IMG/VR virus record: IMGVR_UViG_3300032046_000001
Coordinates: 124,001 to 188,000 of that record
DNA length: 64,000 nt
Strand: one strand, 5' to 3'
In this document: piece after piece, positions 50,339 through 58,640 of the stretch
Layout: each line of letters opens with the position of its first letter
Position numbering within the stretch: the first letter of the stretch is position 1
The notes under the pieces: model-generated
Database searches by the model: none
Seen by the model: only the letters and a program-made list of their open reading frames with translations
Told to the model about the DNA's origin: nothing
Made by a program: the position numbers and the translations under genes

Positions 50339-50539
50339 TTATTTCTCCTTTATTATATCAGGAGATACTTCTATACCATACCATTCAATACAACTCGGAC
50401 AAACAAGAATATGATTTTTATCCGAATAAGTTAAATCACTTTCATCTCCAACCCAACCACATTCAGGACATTTATATTTTCCAGAACATATCTCATCATC
50501 ATCAAAATCATTATAATGGTGATTTCCAAATAATGCCAT
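50339..50539 (-). CDS. Small zinc-ribbon protein
   Basis: CPECGW...CPSC; SD GAGG. Confidence 0.6.
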   Translation of the reverse strand: MALFGNHHYNDFDDDEICSGKYKCPECGWVGDESDLTYSDKNHILVCPSCIEWYGIEVSPDIIKEK

Positions 50540-50556
50540 ATTTTAATTCCTCTTTC

Positions 50557-52002
50557 TTAAACTAAATGGTGACATTCTTTTTTAGACATAATAATTTTCA
50601 GTTCTTCATACGATACTGGTTTGAAATTATTATTATCAACTCCAACATCGTAGGACTTTCCTAATGACGGAAGTTCTCCATGTGAATTGCCCACTATTAT
50701 ATGTTTTCCATTTCTTCTAATAACTATAGTTTTATTTTTAACCTTAACACACCAAAAATGTTCATTATTTACAGTCTCAATAAAAACTTTATTTTTTAAA
50801 TTATCGTGTGTTCTACACGATCGTTTAGTTACTACCAATTCATAATTAATTTTTTTTGCAAAACCACCGCGTCGTTCAGAAATATTACACATGTATTCAT
50901 TTCTTATACATGCTGTTTGTATTAAATCTGCTTCTATTTTTTTAGATGTGTATATTAAAATTGAAGTTTTATTTTTATAACCATCTGTATGAGTATATTC
51001 TTCTAATATTATATCTAATTGATTTTGATTTGAATCAATAATTATATCACTAATAGGTTTTAATCTAATATTATAAAAATAATCTGGTTTATGAAAATTA
51101 AAACAAATTGAATCATCTTTCTGTTTATTTCTGCTATAATTAATATTCAATTTTTTTAATAAATTTTCTATTCTGTTAATTTTTCTTGTTTTAAAAACTC
51201 TAATTCTTATTAAATCAGTATTACATAAATTACCATCTGCCGCTATCCAAACTAATAACTTAATTTGGTCATTGTTTAAATTAATTCCAGTTTGATTGCC
51301 AATTGCAGATTTTTTAAATTTTCTTTTATTGATTTTAAAAATTTCATCCGTATAAAATTTTCTAAATTCCTCTTTTTTTCTTCCTATTAAAATATCAATC
51401 AATATATGATTTGGTGTTAATCTTAAATCTAACCCCTTTGATTTTATATTATACACATCACCTGTATGATTATAATCTATAATTTCGTCTATTTCATTAT
51501 ATTCTAATTTTTTATTTTCAATATTTAAAGTTAATATTTTATGACCATATAATAATTCACTTCTTTTTTTCCAACCGTTATCTGTTAAAATTTCTGTTTC
51601 ATCATCTAAACAATGGGCATATAGTTCCCATGCTCCATGATGAGAACAATTCCAAACTCTCATCGCATAATGACACAGAGTTATTTTTTGTTGTCCAATC
51701 CTAATATCATGAAGATTGTGAACTTCTTTACAATATTCTTTAATTGTATTTATAAATCGAAAATCATGATTCCCAAGGATGAATATTTTTTGACCATTCA
51801 TTTTACTAAGTGCAGTTATTGCACCTTCCTTGGTCATCGCAATATCACCTAAATAATAAACAGTGTCTTTTGTCCTAACGATTGAATTATGGTTATCCAA
51901 AAGACACTGTTGTTGTTCGTACTCATTTTTAAAAGGCCGATTGCAGTACCTCAATATATTATAATGAAGATTGTGCCAATCAGCAGTAAAGAAAATATTC
52001 AT
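50557..52002 (-). CDS. Calcineurin-like metallophosphoesterase interrupted by an intein
   Basis: DWH, LGD, GNHD, HY, AH|SH motifs; spliced product about 172 aa. Confidence 0.88.
   Translation of the reverse strand: MNIFFTADWHNLHYNILRYCNRPFKNEYEQQQCLLDNHNSIVRTKDTVYYLGDIAMTKEGAITALSKMNGQKIFILGNHDFRFINTIKEYCKEVHNLHDIRIGQQKITLCHYAMRVWNCSHHGAWELYAHCLDDETEILTDNGWKKRSELLYGHKILTLNIENKKLEYNEIDEIIDYNHTGDVYNIKSKGLDLRLTPNHILIDILIGRKKEEFRKFYTDEIFKINKRKFKKSAIGNQTGINLNNDQIKLLVWIAADGNLCNTDLIRIRVFKTRKINRIENLLKKLNINYSRNKQKDDSICFNFHKPDYFYNIRLKPISDIIIDSNQNQLDIILEEYTHTDGYKNKTSILIYTSKKIEADLIQTACIRNEYMCNISERRGGFAKKINYELVVTKRSCRTHDNLKNKVFIETVNNEHFWCVKVKNKTIVIRRNGKHIIVGNSHGELPSLGKSYDVGVDNNNFKPVSYEELKIIMSKKECHHLV
50686..51612 (-). 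mobile_element. 309-aa intein with LAGLIDADG-like domain, ending Gly-Asn
   Basis: Starts CLDDETEILTDNGWK; LTPNH block B; WIAADG and THTDG; ends FWCVKV..RRNGKHIIVGN, +1 Ser. Confidence 0.9.
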
Positions 52003-52012
52003 TTTATCTTAT

Positions 52013-52318
52013 CTACACCTTCTTATTTTTAATATCACGTAATGTAAATCCAAGTATATTAACAATCTTAACAACTCTTGGTTCAAGTTTTGATTGTTCA
52101 TCAAAAAACCCGAAATCTTTTCCACATTTTAAACATGTATACGAAACAGGATAATTAACATCTGTTCGTTCGAATGGTTCTGCAACAAATTTTGATAATT
52201 CTGGATGATTACAAGATTCTTGAACTTTCTCTTTTGCCTTCAGTAATTTTCTTTTACACTCTTTTTTAAGATCCTTAAATTCTTTTACAGCCATATCAAA
52301 TTTATTTGTGTCTAACAT
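52013..52318 (-). CDS. Hypothetical protein
   Basis: 101 aa, CNH...CLKC. Confidence 0.6.
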   Translation of the reverse strand: MLDTNKFDMAVKEFKDLKKECKRKLLKAKEKVQESCNHPELSKFVAEPFERTDVNYPVSYTCLKCGKDFGFFDEQSKLEPRVVKIVNILGFTLRDIKNKKV

Positions 52319-52948
52319 TCATTCCTCCACTGGACGAAAATGTCCGTCATGTTTTTTAATATATCTAAAAGTATCGAGTGGTACACCAACAATATTCTCA
52401 CCATTATTGTATTGTTTTCGATATTTCAAACGATAATAAAACGTACTCATAATTTTCGCCATTTTATCAGATAAATATCTTTTACTAACTATTATATCAT
52501 CAATATAACCAAAAGTTACACCAATCAAATCAACGATACATTCATTGGCGACAAATATATCTGATCTATTATTAATCGAATCAAACGGAATAAAGAATGG
52601 TGCCTTTTTTAACAACAAATGGCAAAGTTCGTGAACAACATTACCTCTCAATTCCTGATCGGTTGCTTTTTCCCATATATCGGCATTGTAGAAGATATGA
52701 ATTTTATCATCTACTATGGAATTACAAATGGCCGAGATATCCACCTTAATGGGTCTTCCATGAATAGTAAATTTTTTACTGATATTAGGTGTATTGTGAA
52801 ATCTGAAAATGATAAGTTTAAACTCTTCTTCTATATAAAGTGAAGACATAACCGCTGGAATTATTTTTAATAATCGTTGTTTGAGATTCAATTTAACATC
52901 CCTTTCTGAAAGAAAATTTTTATAATATAAAAATGACATCTCTGTCAT
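52319..52948 (-). CDS. Hypothetical protein with HExxH motif
   Basis: NVVHELCH; possible zincin-like metalloprotease. Confidence 0.55.
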   Translation of the reverse strand: MTEMSFLYYKNFLSERDVKLNLKQRLLKIIPAVMSSLYIEEEFKLIIFRFHNTPNISKKFTIHGRPIKVDISAICNSIVDDKIHIFYNADIWEKATDQELRGNVVHELCHLLLKKAPFFIPFDSINNRSDIFVANECIVDLIGVTFGYIDDIIVSKRYLSDKMAKIMSTFYYRLKYRKQYNNGENIVGVPLDTFRYIKKHDGHFRPVEE

Positions 52949-52951
52949 AAC

Positions 52952-53134
52952 GAAAATAGAAAAGGAGAAAATTCAAGTCATCACAAATTGACAGAACGAG
53001 ATGTTATTCAAATAAAATTATTATTAAAAGAAGGAAAGTTAACTCAAAAAGAAATAGCCGATATGTTTGGGGTTTCAGTATATACGATTTCAGATATAAA
53101 AAGAGAAATAACTTGGTATCATATAAAAATTTAA
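52952..53134 (+). pseudogene. Orphan C-terminal HTH of a homing endonuclease (not in ORF track)
   Basis: KGENSSHHKLTERDVIQIKLLLKEGKLTQKEIADMFGV...TWYHIKI*; in-frame stop at 52934-36, no nuclease domain upstream. Confidence 0.75.
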
Positions 53135-54330
53135 TTACCTACTATAACACCTATTGGAAATAATTTAACCACTGGTTCTATTAAATCAGATTGATCTTCA
53201 ATTACTTTATCAATATTTTTATATACTGCCGGAGCTTCGTCGAGTGGAATCTGATTTGTCCAAATTCTCTCCATTGATTTTTCCACTAATTCTCTATTTA
53301 AAGTTTTATTAGCCTCTCTTCTTCCTAATACTCTACCAGCACCATGCGATGATGTTTCAAAACTCTCTTTATTTCCCAGTCCACGCACGATATAACTTGC
53401 TGTTCCCATAGACCCTGGTATAACACTTAGTTGATCTTTTCGAGCTGCTGTCGCTCCCTTACGATGCACAACAACATCCTTTCCAAAATGCCTTTCAAAT
53501 GCTACATAGTTATGATGAATATTAATCTCTTGTTGAACTGAACAAGCTAACATTCCACAAGTAATAGACGTAAATATATTCATCATTCTTCTTCTATTTT
53601 CAAAGGCAAATTTTAAAGCGAAATTCATCAATTCATAATACGCCTTACCTTCTTTAGTTTCAATTGGTAAATATGCCAAATTTGGATCTGGTAACTGAAT
53701 ATGATATATATTCATTAAGTGTGTTGCTTGATGATGAAATTCATTACATATTTGATAACCAAGATTACGACTACCGGAATGAATCATCAACCATATATAA
53801 CCATCTTCACCTTTTAACATTTCAATAAAATGGTTTCCAGACCCTAAAGTTCCTAATTGATATCTTGATTCATTCAATGCTGACTGAATATAAGTTGGAA
53901 ATTCTGGGTGATCTTCAAAACCGTCCCATGTTTGTGGAAGAGTATGACCAATTCCTTTGCCATGTGGAACAACCCGACATGTTTCACTCATGATTCTATC
54001 AATCTGTTCTGATATGATATTTTCTGATTTGAAATCGGTTTGAACTGCAATTATACCACATGCTATATCACTACCAACTCCATAAGGAAATATAATATTC
54101 TCAGTGGCTGCAACACCACCGATGGGAAAACCATAACCACAGTGTGCATCCGCTGATAAAACTCCCCATTTATAAATAAATGGAAAACTACAGATATTAC
54201 CCATCTGCTGTAGTGCTGAATTCTCAACATCTTCACACCAAGACTTGATTGGAACATGAAGATTTTGTGCAATCTCTCTTTCCGCAATTCCTCTAAATAA
54301 ACTTGACTCTTTAGATAATACCCATTTCAT
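53131..54330 (-). CDS. rtcB: RNA 3'-phosphate ligase RtcB
   Basis: DAHCGYGFPIG, DIACG, GTLGSGNHFIE, HSGSR, HHNY, HRKGAT, PGSMGT, SHGAGR, DEAPAVYK. Confidence 0.95.
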   Translation of the reverse strand: MKWVLSKESSLFRGIAEREIAQNLHVPIKSWCEDVENSALQQMGNICSFPFIYKWGVLSADAHCGYGFPIGGVAATENIIFPYGVGSDIACGIIAVQTDFKSENIISEQIDRIMSETCRVVPHGKGIGHTLPQTWDGFEDHPEFPTYIQSALNESRYQLGTLGSGNHFIEMLKGEDGYIWLMIHSGSRNLGYQICNEFHHQATHLMNIYHIQLPDPNLAYLPIETKEGKAYYELMNFALKFAFENRRRMMNIFTSITCGMLACSVQQEINIHHNYVAFERHFGKDVVVHRKGATAARKDQLSVIPGSMGTASYIVRGLGNKESFETSSHGAGRVLGRREANKTLNRELVEKSMERIWTNQIPLDEAPAVYKNIDKVIEDQSDLIEPVVKLFPIGVIVGN

Positions 54331-54902
54331 ATATGTCCCTCAATTTTCATTGTAGTCAATTTAACATTTTTGGCATGATAGTAATATTCTGGTGAAATAA
54401 AACCTCTTGATTTTTGTATATCGATGTATATATGTTTGTTAATAAATTCTGAACCATAATCATCAATTTTATCTCCATCAATATTTTTTATTTTTAATTT
54501 CTTCTTTCCCTGAGATAAAATATGATCTTCTGTAGCTTGAAAAATCTCATCTTTTCTATAATCTTGTTCCATCAAATCTATTAAATAACACGCCCTTAAA
54601 ATATAAATTTTATTTTTCTGTATAATAGGAAATGCGTCTCTAACATCACACAGCCATATTTCATATCTAATTCTCCCTGGAAATTTATATCTCCATGATG
54701 TTAAAACGTGTCTAAGTTCGACTTCAATATTATACAAGTCTTCTTCACGATCAATTTTATAAATGAAAGCTGGTCTTTTTGACCACTTATTTGGTTCATA
54801 TATTTGACACAATTGGTGTCCGAGAGGTAATACAGATGATGTTCTTCTATCACCTTTTATAGAATCATCATATTCGAGAACAACTGCTTTAATAAACATC
54901 AT
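54327..54902 (-). CDS. Hypothetical protein
   Basis: 191 aa, coupled on both sides. Confidence 0.65.
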   Translation of the reverse strand: MMFIKAVVLEYDDSIKGDRRTSSVLPLGHQLCQIYEPNKWSKRPAFIYKIDREEDLYNIEVELRHVLTSWRYKFPGRIRYEIWLCDVRDAFPIIQKNKIYILRACYLIDLMEQDYRKDEIFQATEDHILSQGKKKLKIKNIDGDKIDDYGSEFINKHIYIDIQKSRGFISPEYYYHAKNVKLTTMKIEGHI

Positions 54903-55936
54903 GACCTCCTAAATATTCCGATATCACCATAAAGTGATTCAAACTCTTCTCTTGTATATAGAGATTTTTTATCCAATCCAAAAAAATCAAATCGGATATT
55001 TAGTCTATTCTCAATACAATTAATATACTCAAATGTTTCTTCAGAAACTTCTCTGTCGATATAATCAACATGATTCATTACAAATCTTGTTGGTCTATTT
55101 ACTATAATCGATTTTCTAGCAACTCCATAATCAAAACATCCAGCAATTCTTCTAATCCTATTAGTAACAGACGTATATTCAATAACTTGTCTTGATAACT
55201 GTTTTGATAACTCATCCCATGTTGTTTCTAAAAATAGTGGACCTGAATTACCACCAACTCTTATAGGATATGATCTGAAAACCATTACTATATCATCAAC
55301 ATCGAGTGGGCTTAAACCAGCTTCAGACACAAAACCAGCCGCTGAAGTATCACGAGAAGTAACAAACGGATAATGTTGTGAATGAAGAAGTGATAATCCG
55401 AATCCTTGGGTTCCCTCAATAATAATTCTATTTCCCATATCGAGTTGTATTCTCATGAAACGTTGAGATTCTCGAATATAATCATATAATAAAGGTTCAT
55501 CTCCAGCTAAACGTACTTTATCACGACCAATACGTCTAATCACAGCTTCACCAGTTCCACTACAAGTAGAACCTATTTTGCAACCTAATAATTTTTCTTT
55601 TTCATTATTGACATCTTCATCAGATATTAACATGGCATTTGGATCTATTATTAATCGATTTATTGAAATACCTGTTAATTCAATTTCTTTGAATAATAAT
55701 TTTAAATTGATATAACTTCCAGCAGGTAATACACAATTAATACGAGAAGTAATAGCAGATACGGGAAGTTGTCTCAATATAATAGATTCACCAGAATTAT
55801 TAATTATTGTATGTCCAGAATTTGGACCACCAACTCTAACAACAGTAGAGACGTTCTTGTCAAATGATAAATAGTAAGTTACTTTGCCTTTGCCTTCAGA
55901 ACCATATTGACCACCAACTATAACTGTAACTGGCAT
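54899..55936 (-). CDS. Adenylosuccinate-synthetase-family protein with PurZ/PurZ0 signature
   Basis: GGQYGSEGKG (Ser13 where PurA has Asp13), GPNSGHT, EGTQGF, YPFVTSRD, PIRVGGNSG, SVTNRIRR, NHVD. Confidence 0.75.
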   Translation of the reverse strand: MPVTVIVGGQYGSEGKGKVTYYLSFDKNVSTVVRVGGPNSGHTIINNSGESIILRQLPVSAITSRINCVLPAGSYINLKLLFKEIELTGISINRLIIDPNAMLISDEDVNNEKEKLLGCKIGSTCSGTGEAVIRRIGRDKVRLAGDEPLLYDYIRESQRFMRIQLDMGNRIIIEGTQGFGLSLLHSQHYPFVTSRDTSAAGFVSEAGLSPLDVDDIVMVFRSYPIRVGGNSGPLFLETTWDELSKQLSRQVIEYTSVTNRIRRIAGCFDYGVARKSIIVNRPTRFVMNHVDYIDREVSEETFEYINCIENRLNIRFDFFGLDKKSLYTREEFESLYGDIGIFRRS

Positions 55937-56226
55937 TTATTTTTTCCTCTATTTCTAAGTTTATTATTATAATTTTCAACATCATTTTTGATTTTTTCAA
56001 CTAGAAATTCTATAAAAGTATCTTTATCAAATTGTGTCATTTCTTCATCAGATATTTTAAATGTACGCGTGAGTGTACCTGAATATGTTTTCATACCTTC
56101 AATAAAAAATACTGAAATTTCTATCTGATTATCAAAAATATCAAAAGATAAGGTATTACTGTAAGGTAATTTTTGTGAGACTGTGTATAATAAATTTTTT
56201 GTCTCTAAAAGAAAAGTCAGTGGCAT
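55918..56226 (-). CDS. Hypothetical protein
   Basis: 102 aa. Confidence 0.55.
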   Translation of the reverse strand: MPLTFLLETKNLLYTVSQKLPYSNTLSFDIFDNQIEISVFFIEGMKTYSGTLTRTFKISDEEMTQFDKDTFIEFLVEKIKNDVENYNNKLRNRGKNKCQLQL

Positions 56227-56247
56227 ACAATGTTCTCCATTTGTTTT

Positions 56248-56697
56248 TCAATCTTCATGATTTTCTTCTAAAATTTTTTTCATTATTTCTATGGCATCTT
56301 GTTTAGCATGTTCTTCATCAGTGGCAAATAAATAAACTCCTCGATGATGAATATAACCTATATACTGCATAAACGTTTCTGGTGATTCATACACATAATC
56401 TTTTTCAACAACTTTAATTTCTTTTATTTTTAGATTCTTAGAATCATATTTTGAAGGTTTCGGATAGTTTGCAAAGTTTGATCTAATATCAGGTTCAAAA
56501 ATAATACAAAAATAACTTAAGTTGTGTGTGTTTGTTTTTTCAACATTTTCTACTTCGTGTTCTTCAATATAAAAATCATTTTCATCTGGAAAATTTTTCT
56601 TAAACTCTTCAAGATTTGGATTATTCATTACGGTTATTATTGGGCGATAATTATCATCTCTATCTTCATCATTTTTAAAAAAAATATAAATTTTCAT
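56248..56697 (-). CDS. Hypothetical protein, probable paralogue of 56694..57104
   Basis: Both start MK(I/V)Y and end with (F/Y)A.DE.HA...A..IM. Confidence 0.65.
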   Translation of the reverse strand: MKIYIFFKNDEDRDDNYRPIITVMNNPNLEEFKKNFPDENDFYIEEHEVENVEKTNTHNLSYFCIIFEPDIRSNFANYPKPSKYDSKNLKIKEIKVVEKDYVYESPETFMQYIGYIHHRGVYLFATDEEHAKQDAIEIMKKILEENHED

Positions 56698-57104
56698 ATC
56701 TTCTCTTTCTCCTTATCTAAAAAATCAATCATTATTTTTACAGCCTCAAATCTGGCATGATCTTCATCTTCAGCATACACACATGTACTGTATTGATTTT
56801 CAGCAGGTACTGAATAATTACGATTGATTCGATTTAACCCTTTTAAATGATATATATTTTTTTTCCATTTTCTAACAGATAAAATAACTGTAGATTTCCC
56901 TTTAAAATTTATAATATATAAATCCCTATCATCAAATGGTTCTGTATCATCAATATGAATTCCATTTAAATTTCCCAATTCAAATGGTTTTATATATACC
57001 TCTTCCATTCTTGAAAATTTTCTCAAAAATTCATCTCTTTGTTCTTCTGTTAATATCCCGACAGTTGTATCATCTTCTTCGTCGATTATAGCGTATACTT
57101 TCAC
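56694..57104 (-). CDS. Hypothetical protein, probable paralogue of 56248..56697
   Basis: As above. Confidence 0.65.
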   Translation of the reverse strand: MKVYAIIDEEDDTTVGILTEEQRDEFLRKFSRMEEVYIKPFELGNLNGIHIDDTEPFDDRDLYIINFKGKSTVILSVRKWKKNIYHLKGLNRINRNYSVPAENQYSTCVYAEDEDHARFEAVKIMIDFLDKEKEKI

Positions 57105-57106
57105 AA

Positions 57107-57295
57107 TTATCCTCCTAAAATTTCTATTAGATCATTTAAAAATGACAAGATTTCATTTTTATTTTTTGATTCTGTTATTTCATCTTTATAATTTGAAAAA
57201 TAATGTATGATGATATTTCTAATATCTTTTAATATTAGAATATCAACCTTAATAAACTCAATTCTATCGCTAGAAAAAAATGGATGAATATACAT
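57107..57295 (-). CDS. Hypothetical protein
   Basis: 62 aa, SD AAGGAG. Confidence 0.6.
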   Translation of the reverse strand: MYIHPFFSSDRIEFIKVDILILKDIRNIIIHYFSNYKDEITESKNKNEILSFLNDLIEILGG

Positions 57296-57357
57296 GTTTT
57301 ATTTATTCTCCTTTAATTTTTTTATAAAAAAAATATAATGTTTATTTTATATTCACT

Positions 57358-57371
57358 TATTAATATATATA
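57358..57371 (-). promoter_or_regulatory. TATATATATTAATA motif (minus strand)
   Basis: Exact copy at the head of the long minus-strand block. Confidence 0.5.
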
Positions 57372-57395
57372 GTTTTCTGACTATTAAATTAAACA

Positions 57396-57405
57396 GGGAA
57401 CAAAA
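57396..57405 (+). promoter_or_regulatory. GGGAACAAA motif
   Basis: Lies 5 nt before leader copy 6. Confidence 0.55.
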
Positions 57406-57410
57406 TATTA

Positions 57411-57495
57411 AGAGGGATAGAACTCATGATTCGAAAAGAAGTAGTCCCTAACTTCCTTCTCTCTCTTTATTATATTTAGGGAAAATTTAAGGGAG
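57411..57495 (+). ncRNA. Structured leader element, copy 6
   Basis: P1 57411-17/57458-64, P2 GAA/TTC, GAAAA, P3 GAAGT/ACTTC; loop TCCCTA is complementary to TAGGGA (57477-82) and AGGGA (57490-94, over the SD). Confidence 0.78.
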
Positions 57496-57502
57496 AATTA
57501 AA

Positions 57503-58123
57503 ATGAAAATATTTGAAAATTTAGAAAATGAATTGTGGAAAGTTATAATAGAATTTCCAGATTATTCTGTTAGTAATATTGGTAGAATTAAGTCATTAAA
57601 ATTTGGAAAAGAAAAAATATTAAAACAATGTAAAGATGGTAAAGGTTATTTTTGTATTAATTTATATAAAAATGGAAAATGTAAGTTAAGAAAAATTCAT
57701 ATATTATTATACGAAACTTTTAATAATTATAAATTAAAAAATAATGAATGTATTCATCATAAAGATGAAAATAAAGAAAATAATAATTTTGATAATTTTA
57801 AGTTGATGACAAAATCTAAACATAGATATTATCACATGAAATATGATAATAATCTAAGAAGTATGTTAGGAAAACATCATACTAATAATACCAAAAATAT
57901 CATAAGTAAAACGATGAAAGAAAAATTTAAAAATAAAGAATTAAATTTAAAAGGTGAAAATCATCCAAGACACAAACTAACAGAAGAACAAGTAATTCAA
58001 ATTAAATTATTATTAAAAGAAGGTATATTAACTCAACAAGAAATAGCTGATATGTTTTGTGTTAGTCAAATGACAATTTCATATATAAAAAGAGGAAAAC
58101 ATTGGAACCATATAAAAATTTAA
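57503..58123 (+). mobile_element. NUMOD4-HNH homing endonuclease with C-terminal HTH
   Basis: LWKVIIEFPDYSVSNIGRIKS, IHHKDENKENN, KLTEEQVIQIKLLL. Confidence 0.88.
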
Positions 58124-58138
58124 AAGGGAATATAAAAA

Positions 58139-58621
58139 ATGAGAAATTTGAATGAAAAAATAACAGAAAACTTCACATTTAGAGAATTTATTTATTCAGA
58201 TGTAGCCACCAGACATAATATAGATAATACTCCAAAAGATGATATAATTTGGAAAAATTTAGAAAAATTGATTATTGATTGCCTCCAACCAATTAGAAAT
58301 GAGTTTGGTCCTATTAGAATCTTATCGGGATTTCGATGCCAAGAATTAAATAGAGTAGTTGGTGGTTCTAAAACATCATCTCATTGTTTTGGATTTGCAT
58401 CCGACTTTGAACCAATCGATATAAGTATTAAATTAATTGATATTGTTAATTGGATATATAATAATCTTAAATGGAAGGAGCTTATTGCTGAATATTTTCC
58501 TGGAGGATGGATACATCTATCATATGTAAAAAATCTTTATACAACAGATATAAAGTTAAAGGACGAGAATCATAATTATAAAGTTGTAAGTTTGAACTAT
58601 TTAAATAAATTATATAAATAA
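58139..58621 (+). CDS. Peptidase M15A family endolysin
   Basis: NFTFREF..S, SGFRC..LN..VGGSKTSSH.FG.A.D, GWIHLSY. Confidence 0.88.
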   Translation: MRNLNEKITENFTFREFIYSDVATRHNIDNTPKDDIIWKNLEKLIIDCLQPIRNEFGPIRILSGFRCQELNRVVGGSKTSSHCFGFASDFEPIDISIKLIDIVNWIYNNLKWKELIAEYFPGGWIHLSYVKNLYTTDIKLKDENHNYKVVSLNYLNKLYK

Positions 58622-58640
58622 GGAATGAAAAGAAAAATGA

